The position numbers and the translations under genes are program-made. Shown one piece after another: positions 12,642 to 25,520 of a stretch of 64,000 nt of DNA; positions within the stretch are counted from its first letter, which is position 1, and each line of letters opens with the position of its first letter. The notes beneath the pieces are model-generated. The model did no database searches and was not told the origin of the DNA. It was given only the letters and a program-made list of their open reading frames with translations. The stretch covers positions 1,302,001-1,366,000 of the forward strand of contig NC_087455.1 in the NCBI RefSeq assembly GCF_036321535.1, written 5' to 3'. Source of the DNA: Camelus dromedarius. Lineage: Eukaryota.

Positions 12642-14899
12642 TTTGGTGCGGGCAGGCGTCTGGGGCCTCACGAAGCCAAAGAAGTCAGCCCTGCTCTGAA
12701 AAGACCGTTGGTTGGTGGGTGAGGCTTGCCACCCTCCCTGTGCTGAGCCCTGGGGCTGGGGCAGCGCCTCACTCTTCCAAATGGGCCAGAGCCACTGGCC
12801 TTGGCGTTCCGTTTGTAGATGGGGCAGCAGCTGCGGGGCCAGAGTACAGAGGGTCTTTCTGCTCCGTTCTCCATTCCTAGCCTACTCCTTGCTCAGTGCA
12901 GACTCCCTCTGGCTGAGACCCTTCCCCAAGCTTGTGGCAAAAGTGGTTGGCAGAGGGGACACTAGAGGCCAGATGGGGGCACTCATTAAGGTTCTCGGAA
13001 TCACACAGGAAGGGAGGCCAAGGGAGTGGCACCTGCCCGCAGTCCTGGCAGGGGTGGGATGGGGGGGCGGGTTATGAGACCGGCTGGGACCTGGGATTCT
13101 CTCCCGCGGTGCTTGCAGCTGGACAAATGTCTCCTTGAGCAACAAGGAAGAAGGAAACAAGTCTTAAGTGACTGAAAATAACTGCGCCTAGGCGTAGTTG
13201 GGACAATAGGGTGCAAAAAGCCACAAACTATATTTTTGAGGTACTGGGAGCAAAAGCAGGTGCTGTGCATGCACGATTCCTGCGCAGGGGGCTGGACAGA
13301 CGAGCTAAGCTGCCTGACCCACGGATCCATCCCCATGGTCACCCCATTTAAGCCCCAATCAGCTACTCTTGGGGAGCGGGCAAGGGCACCCATTTCTTGC
13401 TTTTGCTCCCTTGTGCTGCAGCGCGAGCCCTCATGAAGCCTTGCCTGGAAGTCTCGTCTGGCCTCTGATTAAAGAGTCCAAGGGCCTGGGTTGGTAACAG
13501 GCGGATGGCAACCAGTAATGACAGTAGCTGACCTGCATCCAGAACTTTCCATGGGCCAGCTCTGTGCCTGACGTGGCGACCGAGCGGGGCTGGGGGCATG
13601 AGGCATGTCTAGCTGAGCACCCTCATGGGCAGCTTCTGTGCTGGGGGGTGGGGGTGATGGGTTCTCCCATTCAGTGTTATTTCGCACTGAAGGCAATGAC
13701 TCCATTCGTATCTGCTAGTCCCCCCGCTGTGTGGCTGGGGGGAGGCTCCAGGAGACCCAGCAGTGTGCTACCATCACACCAGAGGCAACAGGCACATGCT
13801 GGGCTGGGTGGGTGTGAGTCCGTGGGGGCTACCGCACACCAGGACCCTCCCTTGGGCAGAGGCCCTGGGCAGGGGGTGGAGAAAGCACTTTGAATGTGAC
13901 CAGCTGAGGTTCCGGTTCTGTTTTGCAGGAGGCATGGTGTGGGAGGAGCATCTGGTGCTTTCTGCTGGGGATAGCCGTGGGCGAGGGAAGGGCATTTAGG
14001 GCCCGGGGATGCTGGTCTGGAAGGAGAAGCCAGGGAGAGGACAGATTTTGCGAGGGGCTGGCGGAGGTCCTGAGAATGGGCCCCTGGTCTCCTGCCCAGC
14101 CCTGGGCCCGGGCTGATGTCTTGGGGTTGGGAGCAGGAGCTGAAGATGTTCAAGAACAGTGCCAAGCTGGGCCTGTTCCCCGGGAACAAGTGATTCAGGG
14201 AGGAAGGGAACTCTGTTTCCTCCTCCGTAAAGTGAGGTTTGGGTAGGAGGAGCTCTGAGCTGTCCTGAAGGAAGCTCTGGAATGTGCAGGCATGGTCACG
14301 GCCAGCATCCCCACAGGCTGCTGCCAGGTACCCCACCAAGTGGGCCCCACTGGGCTGAGTCCAGACACTGGCCCCAGTGGATCCACATCAGCAGGGTCAG
14401 GCAGAGGGAGCCCTGGGGGAGCCAGCAGGGCCATCTGGGATGCAAACGGAGCACTCCACCCCAGGCTCACAGGGCTGATTGCTGGGAAAGCAGGGCATTC
14501 AGTGACTGGGCCAGCAGGAGAGGAAGGAGCCTGTCCTGGATCCCCGGGATGGCAAGGGACCAGATGGCCCAGCACCGGGGCCTGGGCTCCTAGGCACCTC
14601 AAACTTGTATAATCTATGCTAAACAAGGTGCTCTCACCTGTTCCCGGGCGGGCTCCTGTCCCCATCGTAATCCACCAGGGCGCTTAATTCTTTCCTTCCT
14701 GCCGGTCCATCAAGATCCCAGCCCCCTCCTCAAGTCAGGAAGGTTGCCCCTTCCCAGTCCCCACGTGAGAGGTCAGGGAAACCTAGAGTTGGGCGATGGG
14801 CCCCCAGCAGCGCCGCAGCTCTGGGCTACCCAGCCAGGGAAGGCGCCTGGCTGCAGTCTCCGCCCGCTCCGGCCCCAGATCTTTGGAAATACTGGGGAG

Positions 14900-15700
14900 G
14901 GCTGGGAGGCTAGGGGACCGGGAGTGGAGGCCAGGCGCCCTGGGGCCGGGCCTGCTCGCAACTCTGACCCCTCCCCCAGCCTCCCGCAGGCCTCTCCTGC
15001 CTCCCTGGCGCCCCCTTGCTCGCTCCCCCTCCTGCCTGGGGCCTCGTCCCCGAGTCCGCGTCTGCCCGGCCCGCGCCCCAACTCACCGCCGGCGGACGCA
15101 GGTGTCCGGCCTGGCCGCGCTGCTCAGCCTGTGCCCGAGCCCGATCCCGCGGAAGCCCGCATCCAGGCCGGCGAGGCGGCGCGCGAGAGCGGGGGGCGCG
15201 CGGGGGGCGGGGCTTGAAGCCCAGGCCCCGCCCCCCGGCCCTGCATCCTCGCGCAGAGCCCACAGCTGCTGGCCCGCGGTCCGCCCCGGCAGCCGGTCCG
15301 TCCGGTCCCCCGCGGCGCAGACGTCGCGGGACAGCCCGTCGAGGCTGAGCAGGGGTGCGGGAAGCGCTCCGCGGGGCCCGGAGGCCCACAGGTGGCCAGA
15401 CACGTTAGGGGCAGAGCATAGGGGCGGGGATGCGTCCGTGGGGGCCGAGGGGGCAGTACCAGGAACCCCGTCAGCAGCGTGCGGTAGGGCAGCGAGGAGG
15501 CGGAGAAGGTGCCCTGACCCGGCCGCGCCTAGGGTCGGGCTGCTAGCCTTCCCGTGGGTGGGGGAGGGGTGGTGACGGGTCGAGTGTCCGGAGGTTGGAG
15601 GAGGGGGCTTCTGGGCGGTGGAGCACAGTACCGTCCAGCAGCAGATCTGGGCCGCAGGAGCGGCGGCCTTGGCGGGCTCGGGACCCTGCCTCCTCTGGGA
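14900..15700 (-). promoter_or_regulatory. LY6E: LY6E CpG-island promoter with non-coding exon 1 (3' end at 15087; TSS near 15200)
   Basis: CpG-dense region with GC boxes at about 15200-15240. The minus-strand donor CCGGCG|GTGAGT ends the exon at 15087. The exon 2 acceptor is TTTTCAG|AGCAG, with the exon starting at 12695. Confidence 0.8.
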
Positions 15701-18700
15701 GCAGGAAGGCCTTCAGTGTGGCTCCCCCGACCTGGGCCAAGATCCTCTGCCCAGGAGGACTCAAGAACTTCCTGGGTGCTCCCCGGCCCTCCAGCCCAGT
15801 CTGCAGGCAGCGAGGTGGTCTCACAAAACCAGCCTGGCCTGACCGTTCCAGTGCGGGACCTAGAGGCTTCTGTTGGAGTGAAGCTGGCCATCCTTAGGCA
15901 GTGAGTTTCCTGTGCTCCGTCTCCAGGTGCCCGTTAGTTGCCTTTCCTTCAACCAGTGTTCACAGAGCACCCACTGTGCAGCCCTGGTCCTGCATCCTCC
16001 ACCCCGGCTGTGAGCCAGACTCCAGCCGGTCAGGGTGGCCTGCAGCACCCTAGGCCCTGCTCCTGCTTCTGCTTCAGCCCTCCCGCGCAGCCTGCGGGAG
16101 CTGGAGGTGCTAAGGCCTGTGGGTGGGCGCGGGCTGCCAGGCAGAGGGCTCTCCCTGTCCCTGTCACCTCCTCTTCCTGCAGAGCCTTCTTGGCCCCTGA
16201 TTGCTCTCTGGAGAGACACACTTTTTTTCACAAATATTTCATGACACATTTCCTGTTGGAACTGTTTGTTGCACCTGATCTTTTCTTGAAGACTTTCTGG
16301 GTGACATTTGCGGTGGCAGTGGGGGAGGGCCCCTGAAGTGGTTTCTTAACCATACACCGGGGGGGGGGGGGGCGGCGACAGGGAGGGGCCGAGGCAGGAT
16401 GGCAGGGTGGGAAGAGGGACCCCTATAAGAGGGTAGGGGTACACTAGGCACCCTGTGAGTGTGGGTGATTGTGTGATTGTCTGGTGAGCGCGTGTGTGGG
16501 TTCAGAGCTCTAGGGTCAGGGTCAGCTTCTCGTATGGTCCTCTGTTAACATCTAGATGACAGGAGAGAGGAATTGATCAACTTGGGGAGGCTTCGCAGGC
16601 TTTTTCCTTGGAGGATGAAGGTGGGGCTCTGTGTCATGAGATGTCCCAGCTCAGGTATGATGACATCCTCTGGTTTCATGGCTCTGGAGTGATGGCTGTC
16701 CCTCCACTGTCCCCAGGGACATGCAATAGACTGTGGCCTTTCTGGGTGTCACCTCTAGGGGTCAGGGACTGCGGCTGGTAGGGCTGCCTCACCTCCACAC
16801 CTCCCCCTAAAACATAACATGCAAACCATGCTGGGAGGCTAGCTGGCTCCCTTGAGCTGGAAGCCTGCTCTCAACGTTCAGTCCAGCTGAACTTGTCTGA
16901 GAGGTGGGGCTTGTGGCCAGGTTAGCCTGCTGCACTCAGAAGGCCGCACCCTTGAACCCACGGCAGTCCCGGGAGGTGTGACGTCAGGGTCTATATCCAG
17001 GCGCCCTATCCAGGGGCTTGGCATAGCTGGGGTTACCAGCCAGAGGCGTTCCTGGGGACCAAAGTGATGCCAGGGGGCTTCCCTAATAGGCCCACCCACC
17101 CGTGGCAGGCCCACTCAGACTCCCTCCTTCAACTGCGGGCTCTGGGAACTGGCTTCTCATCCACCGGACGCCCACTCGAATGGCTAGGTGTGTGTCTGCC
17201 TGCTCTCAGGCCTAGTCATTCTGCGGATACCTCTGTTCCAGGCAGTTGAAAGAGATTCCTGTAACTAAGCCTCCCTAAGCTGGAAAGGCAGATCTGAACT
17301 CGCCAGGTATCATCTCGGGCCACCTGGGGCTTGCACACAATCCTTCCAGGGCAAACATGACGTAGGAACGCCAGTAGGGGAAATCCGGTTACCTGGATCT
17401 CCCTGGCTGGATGCCATGTGGTGACAGTAGCCATTCAGAGTGTGCCTGGGGCAGGAGCCAGTCGTCACCACCCAGAGTTCTGTGGCCACTGTGAGCTGTC
17501 TTCTCTCTGAGGCATCTCAGACACCAGATGGTGGGTAGGGGTTTCTGGGTGAAGTTGGCTCAGAACTGGAACTTTCCATCTCCTCTGAGCACAGAACCGC
17601 CCACCTCACAGGATCTCAGGGGACTGGGCAGGCAATGACCTGGAGCACAGGTACTCTGGCTTCATCCCAGGGGGGAACGGGAGGACCCACTGGATGCTCT
17701 GACCAAGATGGGCATCTCAGCCAACCACCCTGCTCCCTGCTCTTTTACTGATCTTCCCTGCCTTGAGGTTGGGTTTGGTTTGGCATGGCCCCTCAGTGTC
17801 CAGTGCTTTTAGTCTTTTCTCATCTGGGCCAGGTCCTGTCTTGAGCAAATGCCATCTAAGGACTTCTTGTCCCCAAGAATGATCTTTCCCAGGCAGAATG
17901 CCATCTCCCTAGGCCATCCAGAAGGCGGCCAGCCCCTGGTGATCTGTCTGGACTTCTGGGTTCTGACATTTCAGGGTTCTGACCAGGAGGAATTTTACAT
18001 AAATCTGCTAGCATCCATGCACCTGGCTTTCTGGTGTGGTCACACCAGCACTGACCAGGCCCCTGCCCAAGCACACCCCTGGCGGGGCTGGGCAGGTTGG
18101 GAAGGCCACAGGCTCCATCCCCACTGTCAGAGGGCCCAGCTGGAGTGAGGCCCCTGCGGCAGGGGCACGTGGGGGCTCATGGGGAGCCCCTCCAAGTTCT
18201 GGTGCCTCTCCCAGCATTTCCCTGGTCTTCGGGGTCCATCTGTGCACCCCACCCCCCCATGTTGCCTTCCACCCTCTTCATTAGCCGCTTGAAAAGCTCT
18301 AGGCTTCCCAAGTTTTTGGGGCTTTGCAAACTAACTGATTTTCAGGGCTGCTGCTTTCCCCTTGCCCCACCCTGTCCCAGCACAGAATGCTTTTTGCTTT
18401 TCAGCACCAGTTGGCCTTGGGCAGCCCCTGTCCTGAGGATGGCCCAGTGGGTAGAGGTGGGTGCAGCGTGGCCCCTCACTGGTCTGCTTGCTCCCGGGTC
18501 CCCACGCTATCCTGGCTGGTCCAGGAAACCCTGGAATGATCCCGCTCTGGCCCCTGAATCCCTATCCTCCCTTTAGAAGTCAGGAGCCTCCCTCCTGCTT
18601 GCCCCTCCCCTCTCCTGGCTGCCCGGAAGGAGGTCAAGGCACCCACTGGGCCTGTAGCGCCCTCTGGTGCCAGATGCTGGTGCCCACAACCCTGCAAGGA

Positions 18701-19189
18701 TGACTTAGTGAGCCAGGGAGTGAAGTGGTGGCCGAGGACAGAGGACAGAGACCCAGATCCTCCAGCATGGAGATCGAGTGGTGTCTGTGCTGGTGACCCA
18801 GCCCTCCCACCCTCAGTCACATACTTACTCCTCAAGGGTTTGTTCTGGCAGCCCCTCTCTGGACCCAGAATGATGGAAGACCTGTACAGGCATCAGGTGA
18901 AGGAAGCTTTCCATCTTCATAGGTGCCATGGGAGTGGGAAAGCCCGGTGGGAGAGTAGGGGGAGGGAAGCTCCCTGGGCAGAGGTGGAGGGTGGCAGGTC
19001 CCCTCGCCTCCCCCAGGGTGTGTGTAAATCTCTATCCCAGCTGAACCCCTACTCATGCTTCCTGGGGAACTTTCTCCTGGCAGAGACTTCTGAGGTTTGG
19101 GTGACGCGCACTTTGAATTCTGGCCATTCACGTTGGCTGCTGGCTGGCCCCTGCTGCTGTCCCAGGTCTGGACAAGGAGCCGGCGTGGC

Positions 19190-19760
19190 CCGGCCCGGGC
19201 GAGGCAGCATTGTTCGAGCTCGGAGGCTGGAGCCGCCGCCCTCTCATCTGCAGAGGGTCGGGGCTGAATGGCGCCGAGTGGAAATGGCGGCTGGGGGTAC
19301 AGATGGCGTGGGCCATTGTCGCTCTCTGGCATCCTGGTTTCAGCCTACGAGGGAGGGGCATCCATCCGCGCCGGGTGTCAGCGTTATCTGCCTGTGCACA
19401 GTGCTCAGGCTCGGCCGGCGATTGCGGCCCGGCCCGCGGCGGCGCCTCTGGAGGCGGAACGCGTCCCTGTCCCCGGTGCTCGCTGGGGCCGGGCTGGCAC
19501 GCGGCCGAGCGCACAGGTCTGGGCGTCACCCGCCGCCCCCGCCGCCTTCACCGGGTCCGGCTCCTTCAGTTTCCGTCCCCGCCCCTCCGCCTCCTCGCTC
19601 GCCCTCCCGTGGCCGGAGTCTGGAGTGCATCCTGCGCTGGCTCCGAGGCCGCGGTGAGTCCAACTGCACTCCATTCTCTTTTCTCCTGGACATTCGGTGG
19701 ATTCACTTCCGTGGTCCCAGGGACAGGCCGGCTTCATCCCTTCCCTGCCGCTGCTTTTAT
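19190..19760. promoter_or_regulatory. Second CpG island about 4 kb upstream of LY6E, with plus-strand donor GCCGCG|GTGAGT at 19653/19654
   Basis: High CpG density, GC boxes and a consensus splice donor. Confidence 0.55.
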
Positions 19761-21659
19761 CTCAGAGGCCTCCAGGCCATCCCTGCCCTGCGCACTGGTC
19801 AGGCCCCCTGTGGGTCCCCCCAGCTTGAGTCTTGCGGCTCCACTCTCACAAGCATATCTACTTTAAGCTCCATGAGGGGCCCTGGCGGCGGGAAGAGCCC
19901 CCCCTCCACCACCACCACCACGGGGAAGCACTGCTGTCCTGCTGAGGAGCGGCCCTGAATGTCCAGGGTGGGGCTGGCGCCAGGACCTGGGGGCTTTCCC
20001 TGCAACTCTGCTGGCGGGCACCATGGGCCGGGCTCTGAGCTCCTCCAATAGAGCAGCCGACCTGGCCCTGTGCCACCCGAGAGGCAGCTGTCAGCCACCT
20101 GTGGCCACTGGAGGCTGGACGTGCTTCTCACACAGACGACTGCTTCACCAGCCTGGCTCCAGACCCAGACATCAGCACAGTTCCCAAAAGTCTCAACCTG
20201 GCCAGTGGGTCGCTCATCAGAGGAGGCTCCCTTTGGGCTGAGGTGGCCCTGCTCAAGCCCCTGTCCGCGCCCTGTCACTGTCCCAGCTGGCTCTTTAGGG
20301 GAGATCCAAACATGAGCCTCTGCGGCTGCCACACTGAGCCAGCGAAAGGGACGGGCAGCGGGATTCAGAGACTCTTCTCTTGTCTCTTGCTGCCATGCCG
20401 AGACCTTTTGCAGGCCAGCTTATTGTAAAACTTCTACTGGAAAATGCAGAAATGCCACCCCTCAGCATCCCACCTGGGAAAGGAGAAAGTCTCCTCCTCA
20501 TTCGAACTGCCCCTCTGCAACAGTGGCCAGGGAGGCGGCGGAGGTTGGAGGGCTCTGCCCCAGATCCTCTTGTTCTGGGTGGGCAGGGGGTTCTCCTCCC
20601 CTACCAGTTCCCCGGCCCCCTGACCTGCTTCACTGGGGCCAAAGGAGCAACCATCTTGGCGTCCTCACCTTTCCTCTGCTGTCCTGGCTAGGCCAGGGCC
20701 AAGGTGGGGCTGCACTCTGGGGAGAGGGAAACCGGAGGGCCCCCCAACCGTGCTCTGGAGGGATGCCCAACCATGCAACTCCCCTGAGCACACAGCCGCA
20801 CACGTGCCACCACCAGCACTGTGCACGTGACAGCAACAGCAAACAGAACGCACGTGCACACACACCACCAGGCCACATACGCACAAGCGCATGCCCACAG
20901 GACACGTACACACATCGCATCAGGTGCGCGCGCACACACACACGTGCCCAGACAGGTGGGCAAAGCCAAATGAGTGGCACCTGCTGAGAACGGGGCTAGT
21001 TACGATGAACTGGGGTCTTAGAAGGAGGTGGAGTGAAAGCCTAGAAGGCACGTCATGAGTAGCCAGGGCCTCTGGAGGGGGATGTCCCAGGGTGAGGAGA
21101 CAAGGGGACAGGACGGAGGTGCAGTGACGTCCGGTGCTGAACTGGGCTCTGGACTCAAGACAGGACCATGTGTGGATCCCCGAGGGCCTGGCGCTGGGTC
21201 TGGGCTCCTAGTTTTGGCTGCAGGGCTACGGTTATGTAAGAAGTCAACACTTGGGGAAACTGAAGGACGGGTCTCTAGAAAACTCTGGATTATTTTTGAA
21301 ACTTCTTTGTCAGTGTGAACTGATTTAAAAATCAAAAGCTAAAAATGTTTTGAGAGCAGCAGGGAGTGGGCTTGTCGGGAGCTGTGTGACTTGGGGATTT
21401 TCCTTGGAGGCCCGGCGGGGGAGCCAAGGCCTGCTGGTCGGAGGATGAAGGATGAAGGCTGTCGGGACGGGGCTGGGGCATCCCGGAGAGAACATTTCAG
21501 GGGGGTCAGAACTCAGGCCGAGAATGGAAAACTTAGAGGTTTTAAGAAGACATGGAAGAATGTCTATTCATGTGTCAACAGAAGACGTTTTTAAATAATG
21601 TATTTAAGAAAATGAACGGTGAAAAAGATTTACCTGATACCATGCTGCGACAGCCAAAA

Positions 21660-23980
21660 AGAAAAGACAGACTGAAAGAAGATACTTTCAAATAATTAGT
21701 ATCCACTCGTCCGTATGTATTACAGACTACAGATTCACAAGGTAAAGAAAGTTCTTTTACAACTTATTATTAAGAGCAGACCAATAGTCCAAAAAAGTAA
21801 TTTTCTCAACAGAGAGAAAACTAAACTCTAGTTTGGCATTAGTGTACTATTGCCACTAAAGTTCATTTTTAAGATGTTATAAATAAACTCATCCAGCCTT
21901 AGCTACTTTTGACCATGTAGCAGAAGATCCCTTTTGTTCTATACCGAAAATTTTGTCTAGTGTTGTCTCGTAACAGTCTGTTCAAATTCACTTCTAGTTA
22001 AAAGAAACCTTAAATCTCTTTCTGATTCCTTTCCTACAGACCTCCAGTGTCCGACCCTCACCCAGGTTTTGTCCCGCACTTCCCTCCGCAGTCTGCAGCC
22101 ACCAGGCGTTTCGCTGCAGGACGGGTCATTTGCCTTCTCTCACTTTCCTGTGTGCTTTTCCTTAGCACAGTGCATCCTGCTGGCTGTGTGCATGTTGTAC
22201 ACAGAATTGTTTCCTTTAGCTTTATTGTTTCTGGTCATTTCATTTATATATACTGATCATAATTTTTAACCTGGTAATTTTTATTTTACAGAAAAAGCCA
22301 GGGAGTAGTCAGCTGTGAGTGGTCTGTCTTCACCGCCATTCTGTAGCAGGCTCACACGTTTTATGGATATACCATCTCACAGTTTTTATCAGTCTATGCT
22401 TCCTCATAGCACAATTTTTCAGTGAAGCAAAAAAATGCTTATTAACAGAATAAAATATATTTAGATCTCCTGTAATATTTAAAAATAAGGAGCCAAAGTA
22501 TAGAAAGTAAACTTATGCTTAGTCATTCATGTTTGAGTAGTTTCTTACCTAGAAATGATCTGGATATTTAATGATTATCTATCACTTAATTTAGCATAAA
22601 TCTTAAATTACAAAGTGCCAAAACGATTTTGGAAACTTTTAAAGACATACTATCAAACATAACTGTTGAAAAGTCCATTCATAAAACTTTTATTTCATTT
22701 ACATCAACTTAATACAAATATGATTGGATTAGTCAAGAAAATTTCATAAGATGTTGAACTAAGCTAGCTGTCATCTCAAGTTATCTTTCTGTTAGCTGTT
22801 TTTATAGCATGTTAGGCAAGTACAAAAAATCACAAAAGCAGAAAAAATTTAATGTAAAATGCATGGATTTTTTGTTTGTTTTTCATGCAGTCCAATTTTA
22901 GTGCATTGTCACCTGTACATTTGTCCTTAGGCTAAATTTATATTTTTATAATCTTAAACATCTAGTAGCTATAACATTAGCTTATTTCACTAGTAAATCC
23001 AAATAGAATAAAAATGTATACTCATGTTATACTTAATGCTGATAATTCAGAAGACAGAGCTGTTTTCATTAAACCAACAATATTAAACTGGTTGTTATTT
23101 ACCAAAGATTTACCCGTATCACATGAACTTGAACAGTATTTGGGTTAGTTTCTGTATTTGTGAGAGATTTAGGAATATTTCATTTATGGAAGTACTTATT
23201 TATGTCTAAGTCCATTAGAATAGAATGAGCTTTATGGGGCTGATAAATTAGTTTGATAGTATCACCTCGAGGTGGGAAAATATCGAATGTAGATCGCATA
23301 GTACATACACATACAGAAGCGTGCAGGAAGACACAAGTGGAGACTTAGCCGCGAGTCAGGCATCAACAGTGATGCAGACTGCACTCGCTTATAAAAAGAC
23401 TTGGTTCTTGACTTTGCCCCACTTTCTATTTTTATCTGAATTGTGCTTCTGGTGGGTGAGGCAATTTGAGGCCACCTGCTCCATGTGAAGGTTAGAGCTT
23501 CCCCCCATTGCCGGGGAAGGGACTTTCACAATTTCCTTTTGCTGTGATGTGCAGTTCCTGTGGGGACTGTGGACTAAATTTTGATTGAGGTGCTGAGGGG
23601 ATGCCATCTGTGTGTCCCCAAAGTGCATCTGAGGGAGAAAGCACTCAGTCTGTTTCCATTTAGCCTCCTCAACCTCAAGGGGCTGCTTTTAGGGTCCCTG
23701 GTCCCTGGAGAGCCCCCAGTGGAGGCAGGCAGCCTAAAATCTGAGTGAATATAGGGAGCTGAGGGCCAGAGTGGGAAGGGAAGGAGCCAACAGATGACCA
23801 GAGAGATGGAGGAGTTGGGGGCTTGAAGAGTCAAGGAGCCTGGAGGGAAGATTGGAAGTGGTAAAAAGGAAGGTGGAATGGAGGTGATGGCCAGAGCAAA
23901 GGCTTAGATCAGCCAGTTTGGGAGATCTCAAGTTTCCCAAAGAAGCCATTGAAGTTCCAAACTATCCTTAGTGAAATCAG
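21660..23980 (-). mobile_element. Degraded ERV internal sequence with an L1 fragment at about 22030-22270
   Basis: AT-rich ERV1-int-like sequence followed by a decayed gag-like region. Recognised by eye only. Confidence 0.45.
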
Positions 23981-24049
23981 AGATTAAAAAAAAAAAAAAA
24001 AGAAAGAAAGAAAGAAAGAAAAAGAAAGAAAAAGAAAGAAAAGAAAAAT

Positions 24050-24116
24050 GGGGGGAAGGGTGTAGCTCAATGGTAGAGCATGTGATTAGCAAGCACAAAG
24101 TTCTGGGTTTGATCCC
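24050..24116 (+). mobile_element. tRNA-derived SINE (Vic-1-like) running into an assembly gap
   Basis: TAGCTCAATGG A-box and GGGTTTGATCCC B-box-like motif, preceded by an A/GAAA tract at 23986-24048. Confidence 0.8.
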
Positions 24117-24317
24117 NNNNNNNNNNNNNNNNNNNNNNNNNNNNNNNNNNNNNNNNNNNNNNNNNNNNNNNNNNNNNNNNNNNNNNNNNNNNNNNNNNNN
24201 NNNNNNNNNNNNNNNNNNNNNNNNNNNNNNNNNNNNNNNNNNNNNNNNNNNNNNNNNNNNNNNNNNNNNNNNNNNNNNNNNNNNNNNNNNNNNNNNNNNN
24301 NNNNNNNNNNNNNNNNN
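24117..24317. other. Assembly gap (201 N)
   Basis: Run of N. Confidence 1.
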
Positions 24318-24567
24318 AATGAAGGATTTCCCAACCAGGAGGGAAGTGGGCAGAACTGGCACCACAGTGGCTAAGCACACAGCCTGTGGAAGTCCTCAGA
24401 GGAAGCTGAGAATTTCCCATGAGAAGAGATGTGTGAAAGTCACAGCAGCAAGAAGGAGGGCACCCGACAGGGGGTCTGCGGAGGAAGTGTGCCCTAAACA
24501 GCAAAAAGCCGAATCCCGCCCCAGTTAGACCCGGTGAGGGCTCCCCACGTTCTGGACCCGTGGTGCC

Positions 24568-24972
24568 TGCTATGGACTAAATTGTGTCCCTGATTCATAT
24601 GTTGAAACTCTCACCTTCAGTACCTCATACAGTGACTTTTTGGAGAGAGGATATTTAAAGATGTAACTAAGGTGAATGAGGCCACATGGATGGGTCCTAG
24701 TCTAATGGGACTGATGCTTTCCTAAGAAGAGGGAATTAGGACTGAAAGAGAGACTCTGGGGTGCTTGTGCCCAGAGGGAGGGCCGTGTGAAGGGGTAACA
24801 GGACTGTGGCATCGACCAGTCAAGAAGAGGAGCCTCAGGGGAAAATGACCCTGCCAACACTTTGATCCTGGACTTCCAGCCTCCAGGACTGTGGGAAAAA
24901 TAAGTTTTTGTTATTTAAGCCACTCAGCCTGCGTGTGGTGTTTTGTCACAGTGGCTCTAGAAAACTAATAGA
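24568..24972 (+). mobile_element. MaLR (MLT1-like) LTR
   Basis: Begins TGCTATGGACTAAATTGTGTCCC and ends with the typical GACTTCCAGCCTCCAGGACTGTG...TTTAAGCCAC...AACTAATA tail. Confidence 0.8.
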
Positions 24973-25194
24973 GGACCTTTCCAAAAAACTTGGGGCTCTA
25001 AGCCCGCTTGGAGGGAAAACGCGGAGGCCCCAGAACGCGTCCCCACGTGCTTCCGCAGAGCGCCGTCGGGGGGCTGGCTGTCCGCGCATGTGGGCGCACT
25101 GCTGGGGCCGCCGCCAGCCACGCCAGGAGCGAGGTGCACGCGGGGGTCAGGCTCCAACGATGAGTCAGAGCCTTTCGAGTCACGGCCCCAGACC

Positions 25195-25520
25195 TGTAAA
25201 ACAGCAGCATCTGACAGTTGTTTCGCTGGTAGGGAGGACTTCATTCAAGACTATGGCAACAGGGACCAAGACGACTGCCAGAGTGGGGAGAGACCGACCT
25301 CAGCTCCTGACACAGGGCAGACAGCTGGACATTTATATCCAACAAGCAGAGCGAGGGCTTAGTGGATGGACGATTACAGAGCAGAGACATCAAGGCTGGG
25401 GGTTCTTGCTGATGGCAGGCCAAAGGCTTGGACATTGAGGGTTGGGGGAGGGGAGCTTGATCAGGTATCAAGGGTGGGCAGAGTCTCACTAGACTGCCGT
25501 GCCAGGGTTCTCTGCTAAAA
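25195..25520. mobile_element. ERV1-type LTR fragment
   Basis: Contains GGACTTCATTCAAGACTAT and TTGATCAGGTATCAAGGGTGGG segments reminiscent of MER-type LTRs. Confidence 0.45.

Noticed and set aside
17568-17577. NF-kB-like GGAACTTTCC and other near matches (about 17377, about 19064) upstream of LY6E
   Set aside because: Each has a mismatch to the consensus, and conservation cannot be assessed here.
18708-19958. 416-aa plus-strand ORF
   Set aside because: It starts at a non-ATG codon, spans a CpG island, has overlapping ORFs on both strands and resembles no protein I recognise.
20790-20950. CA/CG-rich alternating tract with a Cys/Val-rich ORF (20630..20980)
   Set aside because: Degenerate dinucleotide repeat. 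The cysteines come from TGT/GTG repeats and do not form an LU pattern.
24050-24116. tRNA-like sequences here, at 8151 and at 61160-61227
   Set aside because: They are SINE heads: no full cloverleaf or acceptor stem, and the 61 kb copy has an A-rich tail and TSD.
23928-24528. ORFs spanning N runs (also 27673-27961)
   Set aside because: Artefacts of translating through assembly gaps.
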